A DNA stretch of 64,000 bases from Candidatus Moraniibacteriota bacterium. GTDB taxonomy: Bacteria; Patescibacteriota; Minisyncoccia; Moranbacterales; UBA1568. Every line of letters starts with the position of its first letter. Position 1 is the stretch's first letter. The DNA lies in the NCBI GenBank assembly GCA_963778555.1, contig CAVZUR010000004.1, positions 180,151 through 244,150 of the forward strand. The letters are read 5' to 3'. This document shows, in pieces, positions 61,511 to 64,000 of the stretch. A program made the position numbers and the translations under genes. Below the pieces are notes generated by a model, which saw only the letters and a program-made list of their open reading frames with translations, had not been told where the DNA came from and ran no database searches.

Positions 61511-61945
61511 TCAATCGACACGACAACCTGTTTTTGGACTGATGCCTAGACGCCGAGCCAAGTCCCGAAAGGTTGGATGCTCAGTACGATTCCAATGGCC
61601 ACTCTTGTACTCTATCTTGAGTTCCGCCAGAAATTTTACCTTCAAAGCGACGGCTACTTCCCAAACCCGCATCTCTCGATGGAGACTTCGAACACTGAGC
61701 GAGCGCTGGACCGAGCGCCGACCATACGAGACGAGGTGGACTTGGCAATCGCGCCAGCTTACTCCGGCATCGACAACGTGTTTTACCACCCAAAGCTGAT
61801 CAGTGGCTCGCTCCACCCAGACTTGTTTGGGTATGGGAAACACTTCTTTTCTTTGACTCACGTCAGTTTCCGAGTGACCTTTAGGTCGCTCCCCTTTGAG
61901 CCGCCATAAGCGATACGGCGACGATTTCCCAGGCTTACTTTTCAT
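61511..61945 (-). CDS. hypothetical protein
   Basis: GAGGTGA RBS; basic 144-aa ORF. Confidence 0.55.
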   Translation of the reverse strand: MKSKPGKSSPYRLWRLKGERPKGHSETDVSQRKEVFPIPKQVWVERATDQLWVVKHVVDAGVSWRDCQVHLVSYGRRSVQRSLSVRSLHREMRVWEVAVALKVKFLAELKIEYKSGHWNRTEHPTFRDLARRLGISPKTGCRVD

Positions 61946-62040
61946 GGATTCACCTCGGTTGGTAAGTGACAGTGTTCACGTTATACCGTCAATCATCCAC
62001 TTCGTCAATCGAAGCACGACACTGTGCTATCCTGAAATAT

Positions 62041-62709
62041 ATGGAGAAAAAAGCCATCATCTTCGATCTCGACGGCACGCTCGTCGATGTTCTTCCGCTC
62101 TTCATCCAGATCTTCAACCGCTTAGCGGCCGATTTCAATTACGCGCCCATTGGACCCGAGGAGGTGCCGGCGATACGGAAAATCAACCTGAAGAAGTTCC
62201 TCTTTTCGAAGCTCGGACTCCGGTTCTGGCGCTACGGCGAATTCCTCCGGAAAAGCCAAGCGGATTATCTCGAACATGTCGCAGAGATCGAGTTCTTTCC
62301 CGGCATGCCCGCACTCTTCCGTACCCTGAAAGACTTGGGCTATGCTGTCGGCGTCATTTCCTCCAATACCGAACCGGCTATCACCGCGCTCCTCGCGAAA
62401 CATGCGCTCGTCGCCGACTTCATCGCCTCCACCACGCTCCTCGGCAAAGCCCGGACGATAAAAAAAACGCTGGCCCAGGTGGGCCTGAATCATGAGTTCA
62501 CCCTGTACGTCGGTGATGAGCTCCGCGATATCGTGGCCTGCCAGAAAGCCGGTATCCCAATCATCGCCGTCGGTTGGGGTTTGAATGACCGCACCGCACT
62601 CGCCGCGACCGGCGTTCCTGTAGTCGATACGCCCGCCGAGCTTGAGGCAAAGCTCCTTGAACACCTGCCGCTAGCTGTCCCCGCGCCCCCCGGCCGCCTG
62701 AAGACATGA
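62041..62709 (+). CDS. HAD-IA family hydrolase (phosphoglycolate phosphatase-like)
   Basis: FDLDGTLVD, ISSN, YVGDELRD, VGWG. Confidence 0.92.
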   Translation: MEKKAIIFDLDGTLVDVLPLFIQIFNRLAADFNYAPIGPEEVPAIRKINLKKFLFSKLGLRFWRYGEFLRKSQADYLEHVAEIEFFPGMPALFRTLKDLGYAVGVISSNTEPAITALLAKHALVADFIASTTLLGKARTIKKTLAQVGLNHEFTLYVGDELRDIVACQKAGIPIIAVGWGLNDRTALAATGVPVVDTPAELEAKLLEHLPLAVPAPPGRLKT

Positions 62710-62890
62710 GAAGTCGTCTGGCGATCAAAGAGTAAAGAGGCATCGGCCTAGCTTTTGGAGACAGGGCTCATTCCGGTAATATTGGAGGGGTGTACTTTCC
62801 CTAGAAGACGTGCTATACTAGTTTCATAGAATAACGAGGAACGTAGTCGAATTCCGGTGTTCTAGGCTAATGAACCATAGAAGCAGCATC

Positions 62891-63088
62891 ATGACTGGTA
62901 CAATCAAGACGCTCACCGATCGGGGTTTCGGCTTCATCTCGCGCGAAGGCGAGACGAAGGACCTGTTCTTCCACTCGAAGGACCTCTCCGGCGTGACGTA
63001 TGATGAGCTCAAAGTTGGCGACACTGTCAGCTTTGAAGTCGTCGAGGGCGAAAAAGGCCCAGCGGCGGTCAATGTGACCCGCGTCTAA
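62891..63088 (+). CDS. cold-shock protein
   Basis: RGFGFI, DLFFHS, KGPAAVNV. Confidence 0.95.
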   Translation: MTGTIKTLTDRGFGFISREGETKDLFFHSKDLSGVTYDELKVGDTVSFEVVEGEKGPAAVNVTRV

Positions 63089-63100
63089 TACACGCTCCGC

Positions 63101-63134
63101 AAAACAAAACCGCCCTTTACGGGGCGGTTTTGTT
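63101..63134 (+). terminator. intrinsic terminator
   Basis: aacaaaaccgccc-tttacg-gggcggttttgtt. Confidence 0.75.
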
Positions 63135-63239
63135 ATCTGCTTTTCGACATATTTTCCTACTGCAGCGAGAAAATTCACTTTCTAAAAAAGATGCGACGCT
63201 GTCATTGAGACGCGCGTCGCGGGGCCAAATGGATGGCCA

Positions 63240-63503
63240 CTAGCAGAGCAAAGGCTTCGAAAATAACTGCTGCTGATCCCAGCAGAACGTGAACCAGGCC
63301 AAGGCATAGTCACGCACGACGTCTTCAGCCAAACGAAACGTTGCTTCGGCTGGACTGAAAAAGTAGCCCTCAAAGACCGGCATGGGCAGGAACAGCTGCA
63401 GAATGGGTGCTTTCGGCAGCATCCAATCAGCCGTCACCAGCTCGAATCGCTGCCGCAGCCTCTCTGGACGGCGTGCTTCATGTATGGAATGTACAGTGCC
63501 CAT
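63240..63503 (-). CDS. hypothetical protein
   Basis: AAAGGAGG RBS upstream. Confidence 0.5.
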   Translation of the reverse strand: MGTVHSIHEARRPERLRQRFELVTADWMLPKAPILQLFLPMPVFEGYFFSPAEATFRLAEDVVRDYALAWFTFCWDQQQLFSKPLLC

Positions 63504-63588
63504 GGCGATACCCTCCTTTCAGGGTGGTGCAGGCACTTCCAGTCTAGCGCTTTTCAGTACGAACGGAAGGATACTTGTCAAATATCCA

Positions 63589-64000
63589 TCAGAGGTCATT
63601 CCCCGAATACGAAAGATTGAGGCTTTTGTTAATCAGTGGGAAATCCGGCACCATATCGTTCGTTACCAGGTAGGGGAAAATCGACCAATTGAGAAACGAT
63701 GGGTCGCGAACTTTGACTCGTGCTATCGCCCCTTGCTCGTCCGTCACGATGAAATAGACAATATCGCCACGCCAACCTTCGGCAATGGCCACGGCGTGAG
63801 CGTGCGGCGTGAGACGATTGATCCCGATCGCAATCGGTCCCGCATTCGAGACGACATGATCGATTGCCTGATGGAGGATCTTGAACGCCTGATGCACTTC
63901 TCGCTCGCGGACCTGGTAACGGGCATAAACATCCCCGCCCAGCTCGGTCGGAACAGAAAAGTGCAGCATCTCGTATGCCGCGTACGGAAAATCCACTCGT
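63589..64000 (-). CDS. 3' part of a group-4 hydrogenase-related (Ehr/HycE/NuoD-like) large subunit
   Basis: GDVYAR, EGWRG, KVRDPSF.NW, DFPLINKSLNLSYSGNDL; truncated by the window edge. Confidence 0.88.
   Translation of the reverse strand, partial: RVDFPYAAYEMLHFSVPTELGGDVYARYQVREREVHQAFKILHQAIDHVVSNAGPIAIGINRLTPHAHAVAIAEGWRGDIVYFIVTDEQGAIARVKVRDPSFLNWSIFPYLVTNDMVPDFPLINKSLNLSYSGNDL

Noticed and set aside
59140-62000. Genomic island integrated at tRNA-Gln
   Set aside because: No integrase and no duplicated tRNA 3' end are seen, and pyrB follows directly.

Overview
This 64 kb window is bacterial chromosome. The gene content is typical of Patescibacteria/CPR and resembles Candidatus Moranbacteria; this is inferred from the gene set and is not proven. 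From left to right it holds a matrixin protease, a tandem array of small unknown paralogs, a glycosylation locus, a membrane-anchored Clp-type ATPase, ispH/pyrH/proS, HtrA-PrsA-FtsB, dus, a complete Rrf2-SUF Fe-S operon with ferredoxin, a 2-oxoacid:ferredoxin oxidoreductase and xseAB. An accessory hot-spot at 34.6-41.9 kb follows. It contains (i) a REP-associated tyrosine transposase with REP hairpins flanking it and also inside its own coding sequence, (ii) a large LamG surface-protein gene built as (constant A + variable B) x3, (iii) a GIY-YIG nuclease bounded by perfect 14-bp inverted repeats that truncate an upstream leader ORF, and (iv) a four-helix-bundle gene among short-period repeats. 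The right part has paired lysozyme-like paralogs, lgt, mutY, mnmA, a T4CP-like ATPase, dnaX, tRNA-Gln(TTG), pyrB, a cold-shock gene and the 3' end of an Ehr-type hydrogenase-related subunit. About a dozen short frameshifts in otherwise intact genes most likely reflect long-read consensus errors.
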